Positions 9,985-20,599 of a stretch of 64,000 bases of DNA are shown here, in pieces (position 1 is the stretch's first letter; each line of letters opens with the position of its first letter). A program made the translations under genes and the position numbers. Under the pieces are notes generated by a model, which was given only the letters and a program-made list of their open reading frames with translations, was not told where the DNA came from and searched no databases. The stretch is taken from NCBI GenBank assembly GCA_034520965.1, contig JAXHMY010000001.1, positions 96,001 through 160,000 on the forward strand, written 5' to 3'. This stretch comes from Spirochaetia bacterium (lineage in GTDB: Bacteria; Spirochaetota; Spirochaetia; DSM-16054; Sediminispirochaetaceae).

Positions 9985-10258
9985 GGTCTTACCCTCCTGA
10001 ATTAAGTCTATAGTTATAATATAGGTAATAAGAGGTAAAAATACAACTTTATCATGCAAAAAGTTTCGCTAAAATCGGGGGCTTGCTGTTCCCCGAAGAT
10101 CAAATCAAGGGACAAGGTATTCGGCGGGTTGCTAACTGACAATTGCCCCCCCTTCAAGGCCCCGTTGGAAAAACCCCTTTATCTGGGAAAAGGCATCCAG
10201 AACCTCCGTCCCATGAGGGGTTCATCATATTTTTTTTAGACTGAAATTGCAATAAAAC

Positions 10259-10306
10259 TTGACTATTCAACTTAGATTTTCTATCCTAAGTAATACTTAG
10301 TATTAC
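10259..10306 (+). promoter_or_regulatory. Promoter with palindromic operator upstream of znuA
   Basis: TTGACT-N17-TATCCT followed by the 8-1-8 palindrome GTAATACT-T-AGTATTAC (10290-10306). Confidence 0.6.
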
Positions 10307-10371
10307 CAGCTCCTTCTAAGGATAGAATCTACATGGGAGAAGGGCTGAAGTCAATGTAGGAGGAGCAACAT

Positions 10372-11301
10372 ATGTTCAAAGAGAAAAAAAAATTTATCGG
10401 GGTGCTGCTGATAGCAATGGTTTTTCAGCTACTGCCTGTGATAGTTTTCGCCGCAGGCTCCGCTGAGGAGCAGCAGGCCTCCGAGGTTGAAACACTCGAT
10501 GTATACGTGAGTATCATGCCGCAAAAGTACTTTGTTGAGCGCATTGCCGGCGATTTGGCTGAGGTGCATGTGATGGTTCCTCCCGGACGGAGTCCAGCTA
10601 CATACGAACCTACCCCAAAGCAGGTATCGGTCTTGGGCGGGGCGGATGTATTCTTCACCCTTGGGGTGCCCTTCGAACAGAGTTTTCTGCCGAGAATTCG
10701 GGAAAATGTAACGGATCTTTGGATTGTTGATACCTCCGAAGGCATAGAACGCCGAGAAATCCAGTCAACCGTTGAAGATGAGGATCACGAGGATGACCAT
10801 GATCACGGCATGCTGGATCCGCACATCTGGGTATCGCCCCCCCTAGTGGAGAAGCAGGCCGAGAACATGTTGAAGGCATTGGTGGAGTTGGCTCCAAAAC
10901 GGGAGCAAGAATTGCGGGCGAAGTATCGCGAATTTCAGGCAGATCTGCAAGAGCTGCACGAGGATTTGAAGACCATACTCGAACCTGTTGAGGGAAGCCC
11001 CCTCTTCGTCTACCATCCCTCTTTCGGCTATTTCGCCGAAACCTACGGTTTGCATCAACTCCCCATAGAATTGGGCGGAAACGAACCCAGTCCCAAACAA
11101 CTTCAGAGGGTGATCTCCCTAGCCAAGGAGCGCGGCGTACGGGTGATATTCGTTCAACCGGAGTTCTCAAAGACCAGTGCCCAGCGGGTAGCGGAGGCGA
11201 TAAACGGGGCTGTAGTAGAAGTGGCCCCTTTGAAGCTCGATTATCTGCAGAATATGCGACAAATCGCACAGGAGGTTCGTCAAGGTCTGGAAGGCAAATA
11301 A
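10372..11301 (+). CDS. znuA: Zn/Mn ABC transporter substrate-binding protein (orphan)
   Basis: His/Asp-rich loop, DPHIW and YHPSFGYFA motifs. Confidence 0.88.
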   Translation: MFKEKKKFIGVLLIAMVFQLLPVIVFAAGSAEEQQASEVETLDVYVSIMPQKYFVERIAGDLAEVHVMVPPGRSPATYEPTPKQVSVLGGADVFFTLGVPFEQSFLPRIRENVTDLWIVDTSEGIERREIQSTVEDEDHEDDHDHGMLDPHIWVSPPLVEKQAENMLKALVELAPKREQELRAKYREFQADLQELHEDLKTILEPVEGSPLFVYHPSFGYFAETYGLHQLPIELGGNEPSPKQLQRVISLAKERGVRVIFVQPEFSKTSAQRVAEAINGAVVEVAPLKLDYLQNMRQIAQEVRQGLEGK

Positions 11302-11709
11302 CTCTTTTACGAAGCCGTGGGTCAATATCTCAGTTCCGATAACCATTTATGACTCTGGAATCGGTCGCCCCCTGCCTATAAAGAAACAGAGGCGTACCGC
11401 AGGACCAAAGGTCCGAGGAACGCAGCGAGAATCGGCCGTTAGGTCGGTTCTCGCTGCGTTCCCTATCACTGTTTTTCGGCATACAACATTACTATAACGA
11501 ATACTATTCTGGTCCGCAACTTCGAGCCGGACGGCGAATCGAATGGCTTCACCACACGCATCACCCGTATCAATATACGGTGAGTTTTACAAGATAGTCT
11601 TGAAAGAGATCAAAAGAGAGGAGTTCTTGTTGCATAACCGAGGCCGGTTGAAAAACCTTAACGCTATAATTGCGGGAACCGGTACGGTACCCGCAGTTGC
11701 GGCTTCTAC

Positions 11710-11795
11710 TTTCATTCTTTTCATTCTTTTCATTCTTTTCAGGTCTTTTCAGGTCTTTTCAGGTCTTTTCAGGTCTTTTCAGGTCTTTTCAGGTC
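11710..11795. repeat. Compound tandem repeat (TTTCATTCT)x3 + (TCTTTTCAGG)x6
   Basis: Read directly from the sequence. Confidence 0.95.
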
Positions 11796-12094
11796 ATATT
11801 TTTCTGTTGCTTTTTTATAAGAAAATACCAGGCGGCGGCCATCCCGATATCCGGTTCTCCGTCTATCACAGCCTGAATATCCTTCATGGAAGCCACTTTC
11901 TTTCCTAAATCATCTTTCACGGTTTTGCCGTCGAAGTCGAGAAGCTTTTTCCCTCTGTTATCCCGGATACTTTTACGATCTATTTGTCCCAACAGAGCGG
12001 CATTCCACCCTCTTACATAAGTGCGGTCGATTTCCCCCATCTTTCTGCCTGAACTGTCCCTCAGCACAGTTCCATCATAGGTATACTCTGCCAT
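11789..12094 (-). CDS. Small beta-repeat hypothetical protein (beta-flower-like)
   Basis: AGGAGGGG RBS; repeated (V/I)xDxxGxxxGxxD units. Confidence 0.65.
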   Translation of the reverse strand: MAEYTYDGTVLRDSSGRKMGEIDRTYVRGWNAALLGQIDRKSIRDNRGKKLLDFDGKTVKDDLGKKVASMKDIQAVIDGEPDIGMAAAWYFLIKKQQKNMT

Positions 12095-12324
12095 ATCCCC
12101 CTCCTGATGATAGATAGTATAGTTCAGAATCAACAGAATTTCCGGTATCCACTACTTAACTTGTCATCCATATTTACGACATTCTTTTCGTGTATTTTGT
12201 ATCGTGAATATCGACACGTATAATTATTATCATTACTATTTGATGTATGTAAAAAGTGAACAGCCCACCGCTTCACAGTTGATCTATCCCTCGATCGCTT
12301 TGGCGTAGGCAAGCAATTCTGCAA

Positions 12325-12681
12325 TTAATCATTCAGTCTTTGCGACTCGAACTTCTGCCGAAGCTCTTCATTGCTCTTCCCCGAGTCGAACTCAGCATAG
12401 AAGACTCCTTCGTCACTTTCGTTTATGAAGAACTCTCTGTATTCTCCTTCGCCGAGTACCATTACATAGCGGTACAGGGATAATGAGGCAGTAAGACTTT
12501 TCGGCTTTGATTCGGGAGGGGCTGCTTCGAATCGATATATACCGATACGCCCTTTCATTATGGCTTCGAGTGTTTTCTCTATTTTTATATACTGCTCTTC
12601 ATCGACCAAGCCATTCCAGATCATTCCGAGAATTAATACACTCTCCAAAGAATCCGGCTTGATCTCTATTTTTGTAATCAT
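12325..12681 (-). CDS. Hypothetical protein
   Basis: AGGAGG RBS before MITKIEIK; no family recognised. Confidence 0.55.
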   Translation of the reverse strand: MITKIEIKPDSLESVLILGMIWNGLVDEEQYIKIEKTLEAIMKGRIGIYRFEAAPPESKPKSLTASLSLYRYVMVLGEGEYREFFINESDEGVFYAEFDSGKSNEELRQKFESQRLND

Positions 12682-12739
12682 TTTATAGCCTCCTAATCCC
12701 CTTCCCTTTCTAAATTTCAAGATATTATGTTTTTAGACA

Positions 12740-13195
12740 TTGTCAATGAAAATCTATTTGGAATTTTCTTTTGCAATCGGAATTGTATTGAATGTAGGTT
12801 TTATTATTGTTGAAGTAACCTTCGGGCTACTAGTAAACTCCTTGGCCTTGATTGCCGATGCCGGAATTTCGTTTGGAGTTGTCATCGTCGGACTCGTGTT
12901 AACTTTTACAAGTTTTTACTGGCTCGACCCGGTTGTGAGTATCATAATTGCATTGATAATATTTTGGGGCACTTGGAACCTGTTGAAGGATTCTACAAGC
13001 TTAGCGCTTGAAGCTGTTCCGAAAGAAATTGATATAGCAGGGGTTGAAAAGTATCTTACCTCTCTGCAGGAAGTAGAGAGTGTTCACCATCTGCATATTT
13101 GGGCAATGAGTACAACTGAAACTGCTCTTACTATTCATGCTACAATTCAAATAGAAGACCCGGGTGATCCAGACTGCAAGCAGAATCATATTTGA
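12740..13195 (+). pseudogene. czcD: Internally deleted CDF (CzcD/ZitB) metal exporter
   Basis: SLALIADAG joined directly to ISFGVV; LDPVVS, HHLHIWAMST and HATIQIE motifs; about half the normal length. Confidence 0.75.
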
Positions 13196-13212
13196 GCGCG
13201 CCAGGACTGTCG

Positions 13213-14553
13213 TTAGAAGCCCCCCCTCAGCGTCACTATACTGTGGGCCGGCACCTCACATGCTGACGCTTTGGCCTCTGTTTTTTCTTTTATTAAGACC
13301 CGGAAATCTGTTTCAGACTCGTTCATAACCACAACTACGATTTCATCAGTAGGAGTAAGAAATGCGATATGATGCAATTTTTCAGTGTGCTCAGCTTCAC
13401 TTGAACCGATACGGACCGAGCCGGGAGGCACAAAGCGGCTAAAATGTCCTATGTACCAGTATGAGCTGTTGTAATAAAGCTCTCCGGCGGCGGTGTCGGC
13501 AATAATCGGGGCATCGCAGTAGTTGCCCACATGGTTTGGGCCGCCGCGTTCATCAAGGACAATATTCCAATCAATCCACGCCTCTACCCAGTTGCGCATA
13601 TCCCCAATGATGTTTCTCCCGTAACGCTCACCGGTGAACCACTTCCCTACCTGCGGGCCGCCCTCCTGACAGCCTTCGGTAAAAATAAGATGCGTTTCGG
13701 GGAATGCATTGTGCAGCCGGCCCAGGTTTTCAAACTCCTCGGAGACATACCAGTGATGCCCGACTCCCCATACATAGCCGGCGGCCTCTCTATCGGAGAG
13801 GACATGCCGAGCTCGTTCAAAAACCAAATCGCGGTTATGGTCCCAAATCAGCAGCTTCAGGCCTGAAAAAGCGGATCCGGCAACAGTTGGTCCAAGGTAG
13901 TCTCGCACAAAATCCCGCTCTTCGGCGGCAGTGTACAGGCAGGAATCCCACACTTGCACGGCCGCCGGCTCATTCTGTACGCTTATCGCATCTATACTGA
14001 TTCCCTGTGCAGCCATAGCCTGCAGATAGCGAATGTAATAGTCGGCCCAGACTTGGCGGAATTCCGGTCGCAGGGTGCCCCCGCCGTTCATGTCTCCGTT
14101 GGTTTTCATCCATTCCGGCGGGCTCCAGGGCGAGGCAAGCAGAAAAAGCGGGCGGCCGGCAATAACCTGGGCCTGATGGATAGTCGGAAGTACCCATCGC
14201 CTCTCCCTGGAGATATCGAAGCTCTTGAGCTCGGTATCAAAGCTATCTACATAGCTGTAGTTTTTTAGACTGAAATCGCACGAATTGATGTGTACCCGGC
14301 TCATCGTGTAGGCGTTTCCCCGCCGGGGATCAAAATAGGCCTGCAGCACCTTTTCTCTCATATCCTCCGGTAACCGGCTCAGTGTATAGGCAGCAGCCTC
14401 TGTAATTGCACCGCCAAAACCAAGGACAGTTTGGTATTTCTTTTCAGGCAGAATCTCTATCTCACAATTCGCCCTCTCTGAGTCCGGGACTGCGTATCCA
14501 ATATCTGTTATCCGCTCGCCCTTTTCAAAACTCGTTCGAAACATCTGTAACAA
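13213..14553 (-). CDS. Glycoside hydrolase family 30 (glucosylceramidase / beta-1,6-glucanase-like)
   Basis: GFGGAITEA, ASPWSPP, QNEP, FTEGC and GGPNH motifs; GGAGGG RBS before TTG at 14553. Confidence 0.9.
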   Translation of the reverse strand: MLQMFRTSFEKGERITDIGYAVPDSERANCEIEILPEKKYQTVLGFGGAITEAAAYTLSRLPEDMREKVLQAYFDPRRGNAYTMSRVHINSCDFSLKNYSYVDSFDTELKSFDISRERRWVLPTIHQAQVIAGRPLFLLASPWSPPEWMKTNGDMNGGGTLRPEFRQVWADYYIRYLQAMAAQGISIDAISVQNEPAAVQVWDSCLYTAAEERDFVRDYLGPTVAGSAFSGLKLLIWDHNRDLVFERARHVLSDREAAGYVWGVGHHWYVSEEFENLGRLHNAFPETHLIFTEGCQEGGPQVGKWFTGERYGRNIIGDMRNWVEAWIDWNIVLDERGGPNHVGNYCDAPIIADTAAGELYYNSSYWYIGHFSRFVPPGSVRIGSSEAEHTEKLHHIAFLTPTDEIVVVVMNESETDFRVLIKEKTEAKASACEVPAHSIVTLRGGF

Positions 14554-14602
14554 TTCGGCACCCTCCAATAAATAATTGCCTTTAACCAATTGCCTATAAC
14601 AG

Positions 14603-14633
14603 AGCCCCGCCGGATTTTTTATCCGGCAGGGCT
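14603..14633 (-). terminator. GC-rich stem-loop after the binding-protein gene (terminator or mRNA stabiliser)
   Basis: AGCCCCGCCGGAT...ATCCGGCAGGGCT. Confidence 0.5.
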
Positions 14634-14681
14634 TCAAGTAGAAAAAACCGTCTTTTGAATCAGAACTAAGTTTACTCCAGC

Positions 14682-15965
14682 TTACTGCGCAGCGGCTAAA
14701 GCCCGTTTCCACGTACGATCGAGGGTTTGAATAATCTCGCCCTTTGTCACTTGTTCCGAGTAGTAGCTCTGCAGCAATTTTGCAGTTTCATCGGTAACTG
14801 CTCCCGGGAGGGACAGATCAAGGTACGCATGCCCTGTTTCTACATACTCCATTGCTTCCTCTACCCAGGGAAACACAGTATAGTCATGGAATTCCGCTAC
14901 CGGATTAAACTTAAGTTCCTCAAACAATGCGGGGGAATGCTTTTTATCCAGGAGGAAATTAAGCAACTCATAGGCGATGTCCTTATTCTCGCTGGTCGGG
15001 GAAACTGCCACAGAAGTTGAGGTAGCCAGGTTTATCATTGCGGCATCCGGGTCGTTACTTACGGGAAGGGGTGCTACTCCAAAGTTCATATCAGGATTCA
15101 CTTTGAGAATAGATTCGGCCATCCACGGTCCCTGTACCCACATTGCAGCCTCTTCATTTGCAAAGGCGGTTGATCCCGCTACACTTCCCACCTCGAAGGG
15201 ACGCTTGGTCCCGTTCGCCATTATAATATCGATTATTTCAAATACCTGGTCCACGTCGGCGTATGATGCATCGCCGGTGTTCATATCTTCAACAAAGCCA
15301 GGATACTCCGAGTTTACTACGCCCCCAAGGGACAAGGCCATCATAAGCTGGGGTATCCACGATTCCTGAAAAGCCAACAAAAAGGGCGCCTCACCAGCTT
15401 TTTGAAGGGCTGCAACTACTTTCTTCATCTCAGCAGTTGTTCTTGGCGGTTTCAGGTTGTGCTCGTTAAACATATCTTTATTGTACAGATACCCCCAGGC
15501 AAGACTCTCCAGGGGAAGTGCCACAACCTTTGAGTCATAGCTAACTGTTTTTCGAACCCCTTCAAAAAGATCGTCTACAAAGGGTTGGTCCGACAAATCC
15601 GAAAGATAGCCGGCTTCATAAAAGGTGGGAATGTCGGCAATTGCATGTAAAGTGTATAAATCCGGTGCGTCATTCGATGCCAGCCGAGTCTTCAGGATTT
15701 GGTCCGCCTGCTCTACATTCGGCATCTCCAGCTTTATGGTTACATCAATGTTGTTTTCTTTTAATTGCTGCCGGCGAAATTCTTCAAAATAATCCTCAAA
15801 CTGTTCCTGAAAACGGGGAAAACTCATAAAAACCTTCAGTTTGACCTCTCTTGGTCCTTCGGCCTGTGCGCCTTGTTCCTTCTCACCCGCTGCAAAGCTG
15901 TGTGCAGCACAGAGGGCGAATAACAAAACCAGTCCTATAAAAAAGTTGCTTCCTCTTTTTCTCAT
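14682..15965 (-). CDS. Sugar ABC transporter substrate-binding protein
   Basis: Signal peptide; APDLY, YNKDMF and AAMWVQGPW motifs. Confidence 0.9.
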   Translation of the reverse strand: MRKRGSNFFIGLVLLFALCAAHSFAAGEKEQGAQAEGPREVKLKVFMSFPRFQEQFEDYFEEFRRQQLKENNIDVTIKLEMPNVEQADQILKTRLASNDAPDLYTLHAIADIPTFYEAGYLSDLSDQPFVDDLFEGVRKTVSYDSKVVALPLESLAWGYLYNKDMFNEHNLKPPRTTAEMKKVVAALQKAGEAPFLLAFQESWIPQLMMALSLGGVVNSEYPGFVEDMNTGDASYADVDQVFEIIDIIMANGTKRPFEVGSVAGSTAFANEEAAMWVQGPWMAESILKVNPDMNFGVAPLPVSNDPDAAMINLATSTSVAVSPTSENKDIAYELLNFLLDKKHSPALFEELKFNPVAEFHDYTVFPWVEEAMEYVETGHAYLDLSLPGAVTDETAKLLQSYYSEQVTKGEIIQTLDRTWKRALAAAQ

Positions 15966-15995
15966 GGCAATAGCCTCCTTTCATAATCTGTTTCC

Positions 15996-16066
15996 TTTAT
16001 AGCTCGCCGCCGGCAGACTGTCTTTTGTCAATATTAACACCCGCTATTGGATATAATTGATACAGC
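15996..16066 (-). promoter_or_regulatory. Activator-dependent promoter of the binding-protein gene (shared with 22396-22466)
   Basis: Ungapped alignment with 22396-22466: TATAAA -10, AAGACA -35, upstream TATCAAT and TGTTAA boxes. Confidence 0.65.
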
Positions 16067-16080
16067 AAGACCTCATAGCA

Positions 16081-17169
16081 CTATGTACGAAGTTGTCCCG
16101 GTGCGATACCAAAATGCTTTTTGAATACCCGGTAAAAGTACGCAAGGTCCGAATACCCTGAAAGATACGCCGCTTCCTTTATCTCTATCCCTTCGTCTAT
16201 AATTAGATGCCGTGCGGCTTCCATTCGCTTTCGGGTGATGTACTCATTGACGGTTTCCTGCTGAGATTTTCGAAAGGTCCGGCTTAGATGTTCCTTGCTA
16301 ACTAGAAACATTTTGGCAACGGTTTCTAAAGAGATAGGTTCCTGATAATAGTGATCAATATGGTCCTTCACCATATCTGTATCCAGGTAATCTTTGAATC
16401 GTCGTGCCTCTTTGATCAACTCGATTGCCTCAGCAGAAACCGCAGCCAGGGAGTCAAATATTTCTGCATGGCCCAATTGTTCTATTTGGCGATCTCTAAA
16501 AATACCCGGGTCGGGAGTTATCTCGCTTCGTATCACAAACTCTTCCAGAAGTAACAGATAGTCGTGAACAATGCGACTTCGTAAATCAGCATCCGGAAAG
16601 CCTTCACTAAGCGAGGTCAAGTAGTTCTGCAGATCCTGCAGGGTTTCTGCTACACCGGCACTGTCCAGTTTAAGCAGAAAAGCAAATACCCGGCGTCTAT
16701 GCTGCACATATTCATCGAGAACTTCTCGATTTTGAAATATCACTGGGGTCCGCATAGATACCGGCTCGCGGGACCCGGATTCAATTTCCGTCACACACTG
16801 TTGCAGAATATTGTTCAGCTCTACAGGATTGATAGGTTTTATCAAATAATCCAGGGCTTTCGACTTTAAGGCCTGGCGCAGATAGGCGAAATCATCATAC
16901 CCACTCATCACTACTATCTTGACAGCAGGAAAATCATGATGTATCGCTTTCAGCAAATCTATACCGTCGATTCCGGGCATCTTCATATCGGCAATGACAA
17001 TATCCGCGGCAACCGATCGCAGCAGTTCTAATCCGGCATCGCCGTCATCAGCCTCGCCTGCTAGGGTAATCCCCAAACGCTCCCATTCGGTGAGTGTTTT
17101 AACCACTTCCCTGGACCAAGGCTCATCATCGACTATGATCATCCTGACCATCATTGTGTTACTCCTCAT
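16081..17169 (-). CDS. YesN-type response regulator (receiver + AraC HTH)
   Basis: IVDDE, ADMKMPG, HLSRTF and GYSDLAYFYRVFKK motifs. Confidence 0.92.
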   Translation of the reverse strand: MRSNTMMVRMIIVDDEPWSREVVKTLTEWERLGITLAGEADDGDAGLELLRSVAADIVIADMKMPGIDGIDLLKAIHHDFPAVKIVVMSGYDDFAYLRQALKSKALDYLIKPINPVELNNILQQCVTEIESGSREPVSMRTPVIFQNREVLDEYVQHRRRVFAFLLKLDSAGVAETLQDLQNYLTSLSEGFPDADLRSRIVHDYLLLLEEFVIRSEITPDPGIFRDRQIEQLGHAEIFDSLAAVSAEAIELIKEARRFKDYLDTDMVKDHIDHYYQEPISLETVAKMFLVSKEHLSRTFRKSQQETVNEYITRKRMEAARHLIIDEGIEIKEAAYLSGYSDLAYFYRVFKKHFGIAPGQLRT

Positions 17170-18909
17170 CCCGTATTAGCCCCGTCTTTCGGCAGTACAA
17201 CCACCACCCGGGTACCCTTACCGTAGGTACTAAAAACCCTAATTCCATATCTTTGTCCGAACTGAAGCTGCAGACGGGCATTTACATTGCGCAAGCCGAT
17301 ACTTCTGCGCGATTTCACCGTATCTGTATCGTTTCTTAGCTTATCCCTGAGAGCACGCAGCTCCTCCGGCTTCATTCCTACACCGTTATCTTCAATAACA
17401 ATTATGTGTGCCCTTCTCTGCACACAGCCCTTCACGGTTACGCGCCATTCATCTTTTTTACTTTGAAGCCCATGGTCAAATGCATTTTCCACAATCGGCT
17501 GTAAAATGAATTGGGGAATAGGAGTATTCAGTACTTCCGGCTCAACCTCTACCTTGACCTTGCATCTCCCGGAAAACCGGTGCTCCTGGACGAGCAAATA
17601 GTTTTTACTATGCGCAAGTTCTTGGGAGAGAGTAACCAAATCGTGCTGATACCCCACCGTATATCTAAACATATCTCCCACCGCCCGTGCGATGGTGTAC
17701 ACCTCCGGCACACCCTTTGCTAGAGCCATTCCACCCAGAAGGTTCAAAGTGTTGTTGAGAAAGTGGGGGTTTATCTGGGCCTGTAATGCCATCAAATGTG
17801 CATCCTTCAACTCCATCTCCTGTTCATACTCTTTTTGCACCAGCACTTTCATCCGCTTCATTAAAGACTCATACCCTTCCTGTAACATGCGTATTTCATC
17901 CCGGTCCTGTCCCAGTATTTTATCAAAACTCGGGGTAGTGGCCTGCCGCATGCTCTCGGAAAGCTCGACTATAGGCCGGCTGATTCGAAGAGAAAAGACA
18001 ATGGAAAGCACAAGGGAGGCGGCCAGCAGTACGAATCCTGTAATCAACCCGACTGCTGCCGTATCCGATGCACTCCCGTTCACAAGCGAGAGGGGAACAG
18101 TTTTTGCTACCATCAGCCTCCCGCCGTTTACGGGCTGAAAAAATACCAAATGTGAAGAGCTTTTTTTAACCGCCGCACGGTCAACAGCGCCTTCCAGGTC
18201 TGAAAGTTGCTGCATAATCGGTGAGGCTATATCTCTTTCAGGGTGTCCAATCAGCACCTCTAACTCGTCATTCAGCAGATATACTGAAGAATCTTCAGTT
18301 GAACCGAGAATCTCCAGGACCTTTTCTGATATGGATTCATCTACCCGGGCATAAAAGACGCCCTGCAGACGCTGGTCTATGAAGCGGTTTACCGTATGCA
18401 GAACGTACACACGGTCATCTGCCAAACGAAGACTCAGCGGGATAGGATGCTCAAACACACCCTTCCATAAAGGACTCTCTGTCTTCGGAAATGAGATATC
18501 ACCGCTAGTTTTATTGTCGATTGTAATTGCCTGTCCGGAGGTATGGCTGTAATAATTAAGCTGATCAATAAGAGCCGAATAGGAGTAATAAGATGCAGCT
18601 AATAATCGGCGTAACTCAAGTTGTGCAGCCCGGCTTGCCCCTTCCGTACGCTCTTTCAAGATCTTCGTTGATCGTTACAAAGCTCTCGTGTATTTGAAGA
18701 GAGTAGAAGAGATCATCAAACCTTAACAGTACCTCTTCAAGATACTGTACAGCCCAACGGACCCGGGTTACATTCGCATCAATAATTTGAGTTTTTACCG
18801 AGGCCTTGGTGTTTTGCACCGCTATCCATGTAAGGGTAAGCACCGGGACCGTCGTAAGCAGGAGCATGAGCACGAGTAATCTGAACCGTAAGCTATGTCG
18901 GCGGACTAT
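17166..18909 (-). CDS. YesM-type sensor histidine kinase, frameshift near 18650; start approximate
   Basis: ALQAQINPHFL, LQPIVENA and IGLRNV motifs; N-terminal TM helix in ORF 18616-18873. Confidence 0.88.
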
Positions 18910-18938
18910 AGAAATACGCTCCCCCTTAATCCGAAACC

Positions 18939-20594
18939 TTAATCACAAATACTAACATGCAAGTACTGCAGCTGCACAGTTTCTTTCATGCTATACACGG
19001 TAACTCGCTGATGCCCCGGGCGGGCTGTAAACTCTACCTGATAATCTAAAAATCCTTCGCTATTTTCAAGGGATAACTCACTATTCTGTTCCGTCCCATC
19101 AATCGATACCCGCACCCTGCCCTCCGCCGGAAGGGCGCGCATTCGCAGGGTTAGCTTATACTCCTGCGGTTCCGCCGAAGGGGGTGCATAAAAGTCATAG
19201 GCCGCCCATGCGCCCGGGTTCAGCTGCACATACATCCACTCTTCAGCTTTCCATGGCTCCCCGCCGTTGTGGGCAAAATGCGGAGTTTCTTGATGTGCCC
19301 CCTCAGTTATGTAACCAAAGGGCATGCCGTCGGCCCGCCTAAAATCTATTGAAGCTGCCGGAGGAGATGCCGGCGGACGTTCCGGGGGTTCATCTTTCAA
19401 CGGCCCCGGTTCAAAGCCCTGCCCCCTGTCCTTGTACGAATAGAAGATAGCGGGGATTCGAACCGGCGGTCTTCGAAACAGAGACCTTACTACTTCAGGG
19501 TGATACGCACAGTTATCGAACTTTACATTCTCCAGATACTCCCACAATATAGTGAGGGCCGTATCCTTATCCAGATGCTCCTCTCCCTTAGCAGCAGCCA
19601 CCAGCCGACTCCAACCTTTGGGCTCGACAATAGAAAGCGGTGAATTGTGGGTATCCAGCTTTTTCCACGTCCAGAAGTTCCAGGATATGTCCAGGTCTTC
19701 GAAAAGCTGGAATGCACCGCTGTACCAGTAGGTATTGTTTTCACCACCCTCTCCCATATAAATGGGCAGATTCCATTTATCTCGGGCCTCTGTATACGAG
19801 GCGATGCTCTCCTTGTCGGGGTTGTTCCAGTATTTATGAAACTGCAGCATTACATTGTCATAAAAGGGTTCATGAAATATTGACCAGTCAGTTGCCCAGT
19901 GAACCCCTTCTAATATAATAAGATGCCGTGAATCGACCCTTCGTATCGCCTCGCTTATCCTGTGATACAAAGGCAAAACTTTCTCATTGTACTCGGAAAA
20001 CCAGCTCGGCAGAGGTTCATTCAACAAATCATAACCGGCTAGGATGGTCTCATTTTTATACCGTGAGGCCAGGGCGTGCCAGATTTCTACAGTTCGGTCC
20101 TCATTTTTTTTATCGATAAATAAATCGGGCCGATCAAACTCTGAATCGTCAATATTTGTCCCGGTTTGTCCCCCCGGAGCACCATGAAGGTCCAGAACTA
20201 TGTACACGTTGTAGTGGGCGCACCACTCTACAAGTGTATCAATACGAGCTATCCGTGATTCAATAATTTCTGAAGAAACATCGGATCCGGTTAAATAGCG
20301 GGCATTGATCGGAAGCCGCAGAGAATTAAACCCCTCCAGGGCCATCTGTTGTATATCCGCCTCGCTAATAAAGTTGTCCCAGTAGGCCTCCCAGAATTCA
20401 GCGGCCCTTTGTGGTCCAACTAGATCAGTTATAAGTTTTTCTATGCGACGGGGTCGGTCAGCCTCGCCGGGCATTTTCCACATATATCCCTCCGGTAAAA
20501 ACCAGCTTCCCAGTCCAACCCCCCGCAGCAGGACTTTATGTCCCTGTCCATCTACAAGTTCCTTTCCTCTAGCAGATATAAAACCGTTTACCAT
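18939..20594 (-). CDS. Glycoside hydrolase family 5 with C-terminal CBM-like domain
   Basis: GFNSLRLP, LDLHGAPGGQ, LLNEP, FHKY and MGEGG motifs. Confidence 0.9.
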   Translation of the reverse strand: MVNGFISARGKELVDGQGHKVLLRGVGLGSWFLPEGYMWKMPGEADRPRRIEKLITDLVGPQRAAEFWEAYWDNFISEADIQQMALEGFNSLRLPINARYLTGSDVSSEIIESRIARIDTLVEWCAHYNVYIVLDLHGAPGGQTGTNIDDSEFDRPDLFIDKKNEDRTVEIWHALASRYKNETILAGYDLLNEPLPSWFSEYNEKVLPLYHRISEAIRRVDSRHLIILEGVHWATDWSIFHEPFYDNVMLQFHKYWNNPDKESIASYTEARDKWNLPIYMGEGGENNTYWYSGAFQLFEDLDISWNFWTWKKLDTHNSPLSIVEPKGWSRLVAAAKGEEHLDKDTALTILWEYLENVKFDNCAYHPEVVRSLFRRPPVRIPAIFYSYKDRGQGFEPGPLKDEPPERPPASPPAASIDFRRADGMPFGYITEGAHQETPHFAHNGGEPWKAEEWMYVQLNPGAWAAYDFYAPPSAEPQEYKLTLRMRALPAEGRVRVSIDGTEQNSELSLENSEGFLDYQVEFTARPGHQRVTVYSMKETVQLQYLHVSICD

Positions 20595-20599
20595 ATACT

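Noticed and set aside
11543..11908. 121-aa and 68-aa ORFs on the + strand
   Set aside because: Low-complexity translations of the tandem repeat, antisense to a better gene.
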